Position numbers and translations under genes: made by a program. DNA of 64,000 bases from Podarcis gaigeae. Lineage: Eukaryota. The stretch lies in the NCBI GenBank assembly GCA_964106915.2, contig OZ066919.1; one strand, written 5' to 3'. Under the pieces are notes generated by a model. That model had not been told where the DNA came from. It saw only the letters and a list, made by a program, of their open reading frames with translations, and ran no database searches. Of the stretch, positions 39,301 through 56,300 are shown piece after piece (within the stretch, counting starts at the first letter, position 1; each line of letters starts with the position of its first letter).

Positions 39301-39686
39301 TCCTGCAAGGAAAATATATCCGTCTCATTTTGCAACATTCTCCCTCGGCTCCTTTGATCCTTTCCATCTTTCTCCCTCTCCCTTTGCCATCATCTGAACA
39401 CCTTTGCTTTGTTCCGCCTCCTCCTCTTCTACAGCGGTCCATCTTTCCAAGCCCTTGCAAATTCACTACTTAGCGGGAGCATCTTATAAAATTACCCTTC
39501 CCCCTCCCCACTCCCTACGATGGAGACTTGCACACACATTGACACACACACACACGCTTGTCTATATTAAAGCATGCTCTTAATTCCACCCCCCTCCCCC
39601 GGTTCTTTTTCTGTTACCTTCTGGATAGTTTGCTGGGTGACCTCTCCTTTGCCTCTTGGGCGAGCAGAAGCAAAGGCAACCGACAT
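19262..39686 (-). CDS. SS18L1: Calcium-responsive transactivator CREST (nBAF subunit), 402 aa; join complement(19262..19288,20031..20158,21765..21884,23199..23291,24966..25067,25570..25734,26353..26550,27558..27702,30286..30370,31054..31130,39618..39686)
   Basis: Starts MSVAFASARPRGKGEVTQQTIQK, then the SSXT/SNH domain (MLDENHHLIQCIMDYQSKGK..YQQILHRNLVYLATIADSNQN) and a QPGY-rich C-terminus ending YGNYQQ*. The exons total 1209 nt, are in frame and all GT-AG. Confidence 0.97.
19648..19825 (+). mobile_element. tRNA-derived squamate SINE (family B)
   Basis: gcatctgctttg..aaggtccaggttcaatc..ctgaaaccctggagagcc..aaggcaccttcct; other copies at ~6050-6180, 22505-22670, 33655-33850 and 35866-36048. 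Confidence 0.7.
19915..20026 (-). mobile_element. L2 ORF2 relic abutting the SS18L1 exon 10 donor
   Basis: Translates SHLDYCNALYIWLPLKAGWKLQLVK. Confidence 0.7.
20031..20158 (-). CDS. SS18L1: SS18L1 exon 10 (128 nt) GPAQGASSQY...YGYEQ
   Basis: ttcccag| acceptor, CAG|gtaaat donor. Confidence 0.94.
20543..20582. repeat. (TAG)n microsatellite
   Basis: Seen directly in the sequence. Confidence 0.95.
21327..21632 (+). mobile_element. L1-like LINE 3' fragment
   Basis: RNQEERTFNKDWGKFVEYLKNNCK* resembles the C-terminus of the 34667 element; A-rich tail. Confidence 0.55.
21642..21690. repeat. (GAAA)n microsatellite
   Basis: Seen directly in the sequence. Confidence 0.95.
21765..21884 (-). CDS. 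SS18L1: SS18L1 exon 9 (120 nt) GNSQYSQQQAGY...QQGY
   Basis: tctttag| acceptor, |gtgaga donor. Confidence 0.94.
23199..23291 (-). CDS. SS18L1: SS18L1 exon 8 (93 nt) GHGDYAYQQSSY...YYEG
   Basis: gtcatag| acceptor, |gtaaga donor. Confidence 0.94.
23798..24041 (-). mobile_element. tRNA-derived MIR/CORE-like SINE with (CTT)n tail
   Basis: Minus-strand head tgtagtggttaagagc..ggttcacttccc and core gggtgaccttgggctagtcac..ctcagccccactcacctcacag. Confidence 0.7.
24180..24680 (-). mobile_element. CR1 LINE 3' fragment
   Basis: MATKMIKGMEKLTYE resembles the CR1 ORF2 C-terminal RATKMIKGLE.L.YEERL motif. Confidence 0.7.
24966..25067 (-). CDS. SS18L1: SS18L1 exon 7 (102 nt) GSSQQYMGQEEYYSEQY...YYPD
   Basis: tttgtag| acceptor, |gtaatt donor. 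Confidence 0.94.
25570..25734 (-). CDS. SS18L1: SS18L1 exon 6 (165 nt) VSMMHQQAATSHY...PSQQ
   Basis: (tg)8ttgcag| acceptor, |gtaaat donor. Confidence 0.94.
26353..26550 (-). CDS. SS18L1: SS18L1 exon 5 (198 nt) GPNHVSMQQ...MQSNP
   Basis: ctgctag| acceptor, |gtatgg donor. Confidence 0.94.
27558..27702 (-). CDS. SS18L1: SS18L1 exon 4 (145 nt) PPTQNMNLGPG...SQISN
   Basis: ctgcag| acceptor, |gtgagc donor. Confidence 0.94.
28947..29188. mobile_element. Tc1/mariner-type MITE, family A
   Basis: TA-CTGTGGTACCTC ... GAGGTACCCCTG-TA; body matches the 13816 copy. Confidence 0.88.
29719..29887. mobile_element. TA-flanked MITE with CCGTATTTTTCGC-type TIRs (pogo/Tigger-like)
   Basis: Left CCATATTTTTTGCACCATAAC, right GTAGAGCGAAAAATACGG, TA on both sides, with internal direct repeats. 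Confidence 0.7.
30286..30370 (-). CDS. SS18L1: SS18L1 exon 3 (85 nt) YQQILHRNLVYLATIADSNQNMQSLLPA
   Basis: cttacag| acceptor, |gtaagt donor. Confidence 0.95.
31054..31130 (-). CDS. SS18L1: SS18L1 exon 2 (77 nt) MLDENHHLIQCIMDYQSKGKTAECTQ
   Basis: atccag| acceptor, |gtgagt donor. Confidence 0.95.
31800..31907 (+). mobile_element. BovB (RTE) LINE 3' end
   Basis: LTKLREAVEDRSAWRALVHGVTKSRTRLN plus (CAA)n tail; 11-bp TSD AAAATTAACCA (31789-31799, 31908-31918). Confidence 0.88.
32705..32997 (+). mobile_element. Family B tRNA-SINE interrupted by an antisense L2 tail (~32746-32853)
   Basis: The SINE head tttgcat|gcagaagg is split by gggttgccccagccactctgg..cttcagatgtct, which matches the L2 at 604-1027. 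Confidence 0.7.
34667..35134 (+). mobile_element. 5'-truncated L1-like LINE nested in an L2 tail
   Basis: ORF end DLPTLEEWQMKVMDY..EEDWKKFKDYLQKYC*, T-rich 3' UTR, AATAAA plus A tail; 10-bp TSD GAGATCTCCA (34657-34666, 35135-35144). Confidence 0.8.
36220..36656 (-). mobile_element. CR1 ORF2 internal fragment containing an expanded (AAT)n
   Basis: TLDFRKA..LKELLSEIPW..GWEFLKGEILKAQ..AQNELRLAREVDNNN..FFSYV motifs. Confidence 0.75.
36271..36313. repeat. (TTA)n microsatellite
   Basis: Seen directly in the sequence. Confidence 0.95.
37973..38170 (+). mobile_element. Family B tRNA-SINE, near full length
   Basis: ggggaagggccataactcagtgg..tttgcatgcagaaggtcccagcttcagtcc..ggcagcttcctat. Confidence 0.8.
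39618..39686 (-). CDS. SS18L1: SS18L1 coding exon 1 (69 nt)
   Basis: cccaccATG context; donor AAG|gtaaca. Confidence 0.95.
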
Positions 39687-40069
39687 GGTGGGATGGTCTT
39701 TTTTAAAAAGATGTGTCAAATAATATAGTGGTTCCCAGGATGTAATAATATTGTTATTATCTAGCAGCTATTGCCGTGCACGGGCACAGCATTCGCCGCA
39801 GTGCATGAGGAGGGGAGCCAGAGCAGATGGTACAATCTGCGCCTTGCAATGAGCCAGGGGCATTGCACCAAGAACCTTCGTGCACCCCCTTTACCTGGAC
39901 GCTCCTACTCCCAATGCAAGGCGGAGAGCCAGCTGCCGAGGCTTGGTGGTGGAGGAGGCAGCAAAGCCACCTGAGCTGCTCCGCTCACCCACCCCCCTTC
40001 CTCCAAATCCAGCTCCTTCCCCTCCTCCCCCTTTGCAATGCACATGGTGCATCCCTGCTGCTGGGTTTC

Positions 40070-47856
<7,787 letters not shown>

Positions 47857-47962
47857 TGTGTGAACCTCAACTGCCTAGCCGTTTTTGATTTTTAAATCAA
47901 TCATGAGTTTCTGTATAGACATGTAGGCATTCCATTTTCCTATTCACTGTCAAGTGGCCTAT

Positions 47963-47968
47963 AATAAA
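47963..47968 (+). terminator. PSMA7 polyadenylation signal AATAAA
   Basis: About 105 nt after the stop, followed by a TGTGTTTTTTT-type downstream element. Confidence 0.75.
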
Positions 47969-48762
47969 CCACCTGTGTTTTTTTAAACATCTGTTAATGC
48001 CATGTACCTGATTTTTCAGTGTATACTTTAACTTGGTCATGGTACTACAACTTCTCTCATCAGTGAAAACCTTTTTCGTAAGTTGTGTATAAACCCAAAG
48101 TTTGAGGGCAAACTTGATTTTTAGTCACCCTTATTTGCTGTCTCTTTATTGTCCATGACTACTGCTGCCTTCTCTTTCCTCCTGTTGCAAATGATGTTTT
48201 TGTTGCCGTTATTATCAAAACCCCTAATTTGCCCACATCTTTTGCAGTATAAACAAGTTGGTTCAAAACTTGAGTGCTGCGTTTGGGTGTAAAAGTCAGA
48301 AGTAAAACTTAAAAGACATCTTGCAGTACTTGGGACAGCAGATAAAGGAAGGTAATGGTTCTGAAGGCATTCTTGTGGAATACAAGGGGTTTTCCGTTGA
48401 CTTCAGTGGGATACTTCCAGAGTTCTTGCAATTTCAAGTATTCAATTAAGTGTTAAAGCTGCTAGTAAAATCTGGCACTTGAAAGCTCACAGCCCCTCCA
48501 GGTGCTTTAAGGCATGCTTCATTTCTGAGGATAGGAGTCTGCATCTCCTGAATGCATGATTGAGAACCTGAACTGTTCTAGGCAGAAGGCATTTCTCTTC
48601 ATCACAGCCTTATCCTTTCACTTATATACAGGTGGGTTTGGTATGTATGTCATTAATGGGCAACATGTTTCTCCTGATATCAAAACAGTTCTATGGTATA
48701 GATGCATACCTCGAGTTCCACAAATACCTTTCTTTTCCTTGCAAAAGCAACTTCTAGCCTTA

Positions 48763-49092
48763 AAGGTATAGGGACCCCTGACCATTAGGTCCAGTCGTGA
48801 CCGACTCTGGGGTTGCGGTGCTCATCTCGCTTTATTGGCTTCCAGGTCATGTGGCCAGCATGACTAAGCCGCTTCTGGCGAACCAGAGCAGCGCACGGAA
48901 ACGCTGTTTACCTTCCTGCCGGAGCGGTACCTATTTATCTACTTGCACTTTGACGTGCTTTCAAACTGCTAGGTTGGCAGGAGCAGGGACCGAGCAATGG
49001 GAGCTCACCCCATTGCGGGGATTCGAACCACTGACCTTCTGATTGGCAAGCCCTAGGCTCTGTTGTTTAACCCACAGCGCCACCCGTGTCCC
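48763..49092 (-). mobile_element. Sauria-type SINE
   Basis: Reverse complement of the 12940 copy; 7-bp TSD AGCCTTA (48756-48762, 49093-49099). Confidence 0.9.
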
Positions 49093-49719
49093 AGCCTTAG
49101 GTGTCACATATTTGGCTGTCCTCTAATTCTGCCATTTATCGCAATCAAGCAAATAGGGGTTAAACCATAGTACAAGTAAAGGTCAGTGGTGGTTTGTTAA
49201 TAAAGGCAGGTTGAAAGAATAGCCTATTTTAGGGTTCATACAAACTAGATTACATATCATGGACTTCCTCTGCAATGTAGGATAGTCTTGCTTCACATAA
49301 TTATTAGACTGATGAAATATAAAGCACAATCTCCCCTCCATAGTTGGATTTGTGCTTCAGTGTCACCAGCAGGTAAATGACACATCTACCTCTCTTCTGT
49401 GCAAGAATTCCAGTGCTTTCCTGTCCAGTAGCTTCCTTGACTCTGCTTGTGGCATTCTCTTAATATGTACACCACTTGAAATGGGAAAAACAAGAAAAAC
49501 TTCACAACCCTCCTTTAAAGCATGCAAAAGTTTAAAATTGCCTCAACTTTCTAAGCATCTGGGTAGGCTTGACTAAGCAAGAAAGTTACTGGCAGGTGCC
49601 AAATAGTGACTGTGCCTGCCTGATCTCAATAGGTAGAGCGAAATGTAGGTGCTGCCACACTGATCAAATGACACTTGGCGCTCATGGTACCTTACCTGAT
49701 CAGTGGTATACAGTCCAGC

Positions 49720-51130
49720 TGAACTTCTTGTTTTAAAAACTCTTGGTTCGTTCAATGCCACTTGCATGCTACTTAATTTTAAGTCCAGGGTCAGTGTCCC
49801 TCTGATTGGTTCCATGGCAAACTGTTCTAGGACACAGTAATGTATCTAGAAATTTTACTCCTGTCAGAACACTTATGTAGTCTGTGTAAGGGCTGCTGCA
49901 TTTCCTCATTTGGATGCTTGCTTGATTTCATTCTTCATTTCAAGATCTCTCAGAATATATTGCTCAGGGGAAACACTAGCAAACCTCCGGAACTCAATTA
50001 CACTTGGGACCCAGTACCACCACCCACAATGGTTCTGTGTAGTAGTCTTCCCTTATTTACTTTGCTTCACTCAATGCCCTCTTATGTACTGAGCACTCCT
50101 TCCCATAGTTTGTATCCGGAGAAAACTGTGTCCCACTGGCTTTTTCCATTCTACAAAGTTTCCATTATGACCACAGAATCAAGCACTCCAGTTTGCCCAT
50201 CTTGGCTTGGAGGCTTATAGCATTAGTGGCTTTTTTTATACAGTGTTTCTCTTCAGGTTCTCTTGGCAGTTGTGTTTTGGCCTGCGGTGCTTTGGCCTCT
50301 GAATTGCCATTTGGCACTTTCGATACCTAGGTTTATACCTTTTACCCAGTTAAATTACCATTTTTTTCATCAACCCAGGCAGACAATTTGTTCCAAACGA
50401 GACCCTCCTGGGCTCCTGTTGGCTTTCCTCTCCTCCCACCAGCAATCAGTTCAAAAGCTGTTCTGCCACCATTACTTCAAGCACCAACAGCTGGCTTCCA
50501 TCCAGGTTTAAGTGGAACCCACTCCTTTTGTACAGGCCCAGTTTGTCCCAAAATGCTCTTCCAGTGCCTAAGTCCAAACCCCTCCTCCCAAAATCAGTCC
50601 CATTCACACTTTTGAGACTATAAAGCTCTGCCTGTGTTATCTGGTGCTGCATTGGGGGGGGGGGGGGAGAGAAGCAACATTTCAAAGAAGAGCTACCTTG
50701 GATGTCCTGGTTTCAACATCCTACCTAGCAACCTAACTTGCTTCCATGATCTCATGCATGCCAATGTGCACCAAGACTATTGGCTCCTTCCTAGCACTAA
50801 GGCAGTGTGACAACCATCATGACAGGAAGGTAATTCACCCTCCAGTCTATACATTTCTCACACCCAACTTTCTACGTTCCCAGTGGCTGAATCACACTAC
50901 CAAGATCTCTACTCCCTGAAGAAGAATCATTGGCACGGGAAGATCCCCTCCTAAGGCATCATTTCCCTCTTTCTCAGGGACATTCTCCTTCCCCCATGTC
51001 CCACATTCTCTCACCAGGAGGGGAGCTATCTTCCTAGAAATGGGGCATGCTGCAACGTCCCCACCCAATGGCCCACTCTGCCAACTTCTCTATTCCTCTC
51101 AGCTTCTCAAAGTCAACAGCTGCTTAAACC
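49720..51130 (-). mobile_element. Degraded CR1 LINE 5' half (ORF1 SGNH/esterase + ORF2 endonuclease) between the PSMA7 and LSM14B 3' ends
   Basis: Relics of VLVHIG, FWDKLGLYKRSGFHLN, VIMETL..WDTVFSGYKL and LEQFAMEPIRGTLTLDL. Confidence 0.7.
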
Positions 51131-51264
51131 TGAACATTACTTTTGGTTGGTATGAAGCCAGCTCTCATCCATGGTTAGCAAGCTTTGCTAGTACTGTCAA
51201 GACACGCTGATGATGTTTCCATTGGAAGCAACAACCTTGCAGAAAACTGTTAGCCAACAAAACG

Positions 51265-52604
51265 AGGATTAAACATTTACATGTTTATTTGTAATTACAA
51301 TTTACATGACTCCATAAAGCAGCCCATGATAAAGGCCTACAAAATAAACCCAAGCTTTTATAACAACGTAAGTGAATGCATGACCTAGGGAGGAACTGAA
51401 AGCTAGCCATGAAACAGGGTGGGAGAGAATAAATGGCACCCAAAAGAGGCCTTTTAACAAAACATTCCTATACCTAACAAAAAGGGACACATGCCTATTA
51501 CTACAGGCTTAACCCACTTTCATGCAAGAGTTTATAATCCCTCCTTACCCACCTTTCAACCCCCCAAAAAAATTCTTTTTAAAAACAAAAAAAAAGACCT
51601 GAACTATTTACAGAGTTTGGGAAAGAGGGAATCAGTTGACGGACTTGGAACATGCTGGTTTCCTAAGTTCCATTTAGGTTCCCCTTCCCCATTTTGAGGA
51701 TTCGAAGTCCTACTCATGTTCCAAGAATACAAAGCATGTATTGCTCTTTCTCCAAGAAAAGGACTATTGACCAAAAGCTTAAACTTATTTTTTCCCCTTT
51801 AAGTAAGGGTGGGGTAAAATCTCAAATCTCCTTTAAGAGTTGCTGCATGGGTATCCCATAATGTGTAGCCTTCCTCACATGGAGAAAGCTTCACTGCAGC
51901 ATGAAGGAGGAGGCTAATATTGGGAGGGGGCTGGAGAACAGCACTTGCCATTGGCCAGCTTAGTTGCTTAGCATTCCTACAGGAGGGGTGACCAGCACCT
52001 CAAGAAAATTTGTTGTACAGTTCCCCATAGAAACTATACATTTACGTGGTGAACCCAGAATTACAGATACATGATCAGCGACAATTCCCATCACCGCATT
52101 ACATACAACTTGTTGCACTACAACTCGTTTCTAGACATCAAAATGATTTGTTTCAACCTGGAGGGTGAATGGTGAAAAGACAAAAAAATAAGAAATAAGG
52201 AAGGAGACCAGCAGAATCTTTGTTCCACAGATTAAGAGGTTTGCTGGTTTCAAACAAGCTTTGGTTCGCTTTTTGAAGAATTTAGAATTGTCTCATCTCC
52301 TTCAGGGAACAGATTAGGTGTTCTGTGTTCAGCTATTGCAGCCTTTGGAACCTAGAAGCAGCACAAGTTCCTTGTGCTACCTTAAAGAAAAAAAAGAAAA
52401 GACTCCTGGTAAAGGTGGTTAGTGAGCACGCATCTTTGTCCAAGTTGCTCCAGTGCGCCAATCCTGCTTTGACACAGAAGCAGCAGTGCCGTCAGGAGTA
52501 CAAGCTTGTGGACATATCACTCCATTCACCCATGTTTTAAGTGCAGCAGGTCTGCTTGTTACCTCCTTCCTATGTACACATCGTAACAGAACACGCTTGA
52601 GAAC
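51265..52604 (-). other. LSM14B: LSM14B non-coding terminal exon (3' UTR)
   Basis: Strong acceptor tttttctttctgttgtctag| at 52606-52605; Pumilio-type TGTACATA at 52578-52571; AATAAA at 51289-51284. Confidence 0.7.
51284..51289 (-). terminator. LSM14B polyadenylation signal AATAAA
   Basis: Preceded by TGTA elements and followed by a GT/T-rich downstream element. Confidence 0.7.
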
Positions 52605-52726
52605 CTAGACAACAGAAAGAAAAACATAAGCATTTTACATTTGCCTGAGAACATTTTCCCTATTGCCTCCCAACCTGGTTCTCAAGATACTGGGGAAAAT
52701 GAATTGAAATATTAAGATTCTGGTGG

Positions 52727-52855
52727 NNNNNNNNNNNNNNNNNNNNNNNNNNNNNNNNNNNNNNNNNNNNNNNNNNNNNNNNNNNNNNNNNNNNNNNNNN
52801 NNNNNNNNNNNNNNNNNNNNNNNNNNNNNNNNNNNNNNNNNNNNNNNNNNNNNNN
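52727..52855. other. Assembly gap (129 N)
   Basis: Run of N. Confidence 1.
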
Positions 52856-53162
52856 TGGAAATAGGAGGTTAGAAGCATAGATAGCAGAGAGCTGCTTCTA
52901 TGTCACGCTTTCCTTAACGCCAAGAGCTGAGCTAGAACCTGCATTTTATTATCCTTTCTCCAAAGAAATCACAGGACAAATAACGGCTATACAGAAACAG
53001 TTTCGTGAGTTTCATTGCCATGAAGATCCTGAACTGGCTGGTTCCGATGGACAAACTAATTTTACCAGGTAGACAATTTGATTTACTTGATGCAGAGAAT
53101 GCCCCAAAGCACTCCAGACCCAGAACCAAAGATAATTGAATTTTACAGCTTGCCTGCAAGGT

Positions 53163-53334
53163 TCACACTCTTCCAGTGCCCACTCTGGGAGGTGCCTGAC
53201 TTCGCCGCACAGCTCCAGACCCCCTTCCGCCACGAAATCCCCCACGAAAGCTGCGGCCACGGAGAAACCGCCCAGACACACCAAACGTCTCTGTGTTGAG
53301 CTTCCGTTCCTCGGCCCACGTTGTACGCCTTGAA
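53163..53334 (-). CDS. LSM14B: LSM14B last coding exon with TFG box and RGG tail
   Basis: ttccttag| acceptor; TGA at 53165-53163. Confidence 0.94.
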
Positions 53335-56300
53335 CTAAGGAACAAAGGACCAGCTTTCCCAATCAGAATACAGTGGTACATCGGGTTCAGGTTACAGACG
53401 CTTGGGTTAAGAACTTCGCTTCAGGATGAGAACAGAAATCATGCTCTGGCGGTGCGGCGGCCCCATTAGCTAAAGTGGTGCTTCAGGTTAAGAACAGTTT
53501 CAGATTAAGAACGGACCTCCAGAACGAATTAAGTACTTAACCTGAAGTACCACTGTACACGCACCCCCCCCCCCCAAAGATGGTGTTGCAAACCGTTCCC
53601 TTGAATGATGTGCACGGTTAAGGACAGAGCACCAATTTACTCTTCAATATGCTAACGATGATGATTTTGAACATTCAGCCTCAGATCAACTTCACAAGCT
53701 CCCTGACCAGGGAGGGTGGGGAAAGCGATGCCCAAATGAATAGAACCGTGGACTTCTGATGACTATGATTAGAAAGCCAATGAAGCTATAAAGTGGAGGT
53801 TCTAAGATCCATGAGTAACCAACCTTTGTTTCAGTTCTGATGAGATGTTGTCAAAGAAAGACTTGGATTTGTCATAATAGCAGTTGGGCCCTAGGAGTTC
53901 TTCATCTGCATTGCCATCGCAATTCTCAGCAGCCACAGCAGGCTCCCCCTTTTCTTCTCCTGCCTCAACTTTCTCATCTGGAAAAACACATTCATGCGCA
54001 ATGAACAAGCCACGTTGCTGTCTGTCCTCAGCCAGATGCTTCCCTTCACCCACTGCTGGAGGAACTGGCATCCAGATCACAACAAGAACACACATTAGTG
54101 AATTTTCAAACCTTTAAAATTGAGCTTCTTCTTGAATTCTTTGTCCAGCTCTTCTCGGTTGAATTGCGCATTTGCAGTTTCGAAGTCAAAGTCGCCCTCA
54201 AACTTTATTGTATTCTCTTTCACGGTAGTGGGTCGATTCTGCCCTCGGGAGCGATTCCTGGTTCTCCTGTTTCCTGAAAAGTAGTAGAAGAATACTTCCT
54301 AACTTGAGTTTCCCTGGCTCTAGACAGGCCAGGTTCCTTGCATGTGACCATGGAGTGATGCTACACCTGTCATTATAATTCTGTTGTGGAGATAAATATA
54401 GCAGCCCAGCTGCTCTGGCTATTTGCTACTTGAATGCCTATGAGTGTAATACTGGTGTAGAGCACCAGAACACCCAGTATTTGAATTTACCCATTCATGA
54501 ACTTCCAGGATTCAACAATTCAGGTCCCTTCCCAATTAAAGCTGTAACACAGTGAGACCTTTTGCTACTGAACTGCTAACTGTGAAGTTTTCAAGTAACT
54601 GGAAGTTAGAGTAGCCATTCAAGGCATACTAACTGGCTCATAACACAAGAAATTTCAACTTGGATTTTGACATTTTCAAATGGACTGACGGTGATCTGTG
54701 CTTTGGATTGCTTAAGTCTTGTGGGTCAGAGATGTGTTTGCCAGTTATCCACATGCTTTCCTTTCTAGACAGGACATTATCAAATGTCATTTTGTTCTAG
54801 TCCTCTAGAATCAGTGGTGCATTAATCCATGTTCTTCTGCCCAATCTTACACATACAGAAGTAACACACAGGAAGGCAATTCAGTGTGGAAAAATCTACA
54901 GTCAGGTAACATACCTGATCTCCTCCTCTGAGGCCTTCTATTCTCATCATTCACTTGCCCTTGCATTTGAACAGGCGCTGGCTCAACTGTATCTAAGGCA
55001 AAATAGGAAAGTCTATTCAACTCAACAATATAAACCAACAAGCTGAACAGTATCAGCAGATGTTAGCTGAAGCAGACTTCAGACCTGGTTTTAACAGTGC
55101 TGACATATTTCTGAAAGAAAGCATTTCTGTACCACTTGTCTTGTTACTCTGCGGGATCTGGCGCATGTTCCGCTGGACCGCCGGAATGACTTTGATTGGA
55201 GGAGCTTTTTTGGGATTCAAGTTTTCAATGGGGCCCGTCTGAACAGCCTGCTCCACCATGGGACTTTTGCGCACTGAATGAACTGATGGAAAAGCAGCTC
55301 CTGTGGGGAAACCAAGGAATTGTCAGGATTCACGGTGGTGGTTCTGAACTGGAACTAGTCTCCCACATCCTGCCAAAAGAGTTTGGAACAGAAAGTTCTG
55401 CTGAAAAGGGGCTTCACCTAGAATACATTTCCTGCATTTGAGACTATGTTCAGGAGAGATGGCGGCTTGATTTTAATCCGGTCCAGGAAATGAGAGTAAT
55501 AGCATAGAAATAAAATACATATAGAATCTAAATTTTCTTTTAACTGATGTTGGGAAGTCAGATTAACCACTGAGAAGCATTCAAACTGACAGCTATCAGG
55601 TTGAACAAGATGGCCCCAGACGGAAATCTAGGCAAATGTTTAGCGAGAGTACTCACAGGCTGAAGTGAAAAATGTAACTTTTACCTTGTACCGTAAGCTA
55701 GTTTCTACACAAACAAACCTCTCCATTGAGACAAGCAAGCTACATAAATTATCCAAGTTCAAGGGCCCATTCCAGCCAAGCAAGAACACTCAAGGAGGGT
55801 GTGGAACAGGGCCAATGAGGGATAAGGCCTGGGTAAGAGCCCCAAGGCCTGGAAGGTAGCGATTGGCCACAGGTCCAAAATTCCCCACCCTCGGTGTCAA
55901 CCAGGAGTGTTCAACTAGTTTAAATTGCATGCAGTATCACAGATGTTAGCCTTCTACATAGCCACATGGTTTACACATGTTCTGATCCTCATGCATAAGC
56001 ACACATTTCAAAGAGGTACTCTGTAGCCAATAATCCACAGCAGACTAGCACACCTGCATAGTTTCTGCGGCCTATTAGCCCTTCACTTCCCCATATGCCT
56101 TGGACCTCACATTGCTCTGAAAAAGTACTAACTTAAACAGGCTTTTCCCCTCGCAGAGGCACACTGCTACCCAGCAGTAGCAAATCCACAAGAACTATTA
56201 TTTGGTTAAGGTGCAGAATACGGCTTTTCATGGTACAGAAGAGAGACGAACAGTGAGTGGAGTTTTTTCTTATTTACTTATCTAGCAAAATTTATGTACC

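Noticed and set aside
55301-55369. Upstream alternative acceptor for the 168-nt LSM14B exon
   Set aside because: It would add an in-frame TGA, and nothing beyond the AG and a short pyrimidine run supports its use.
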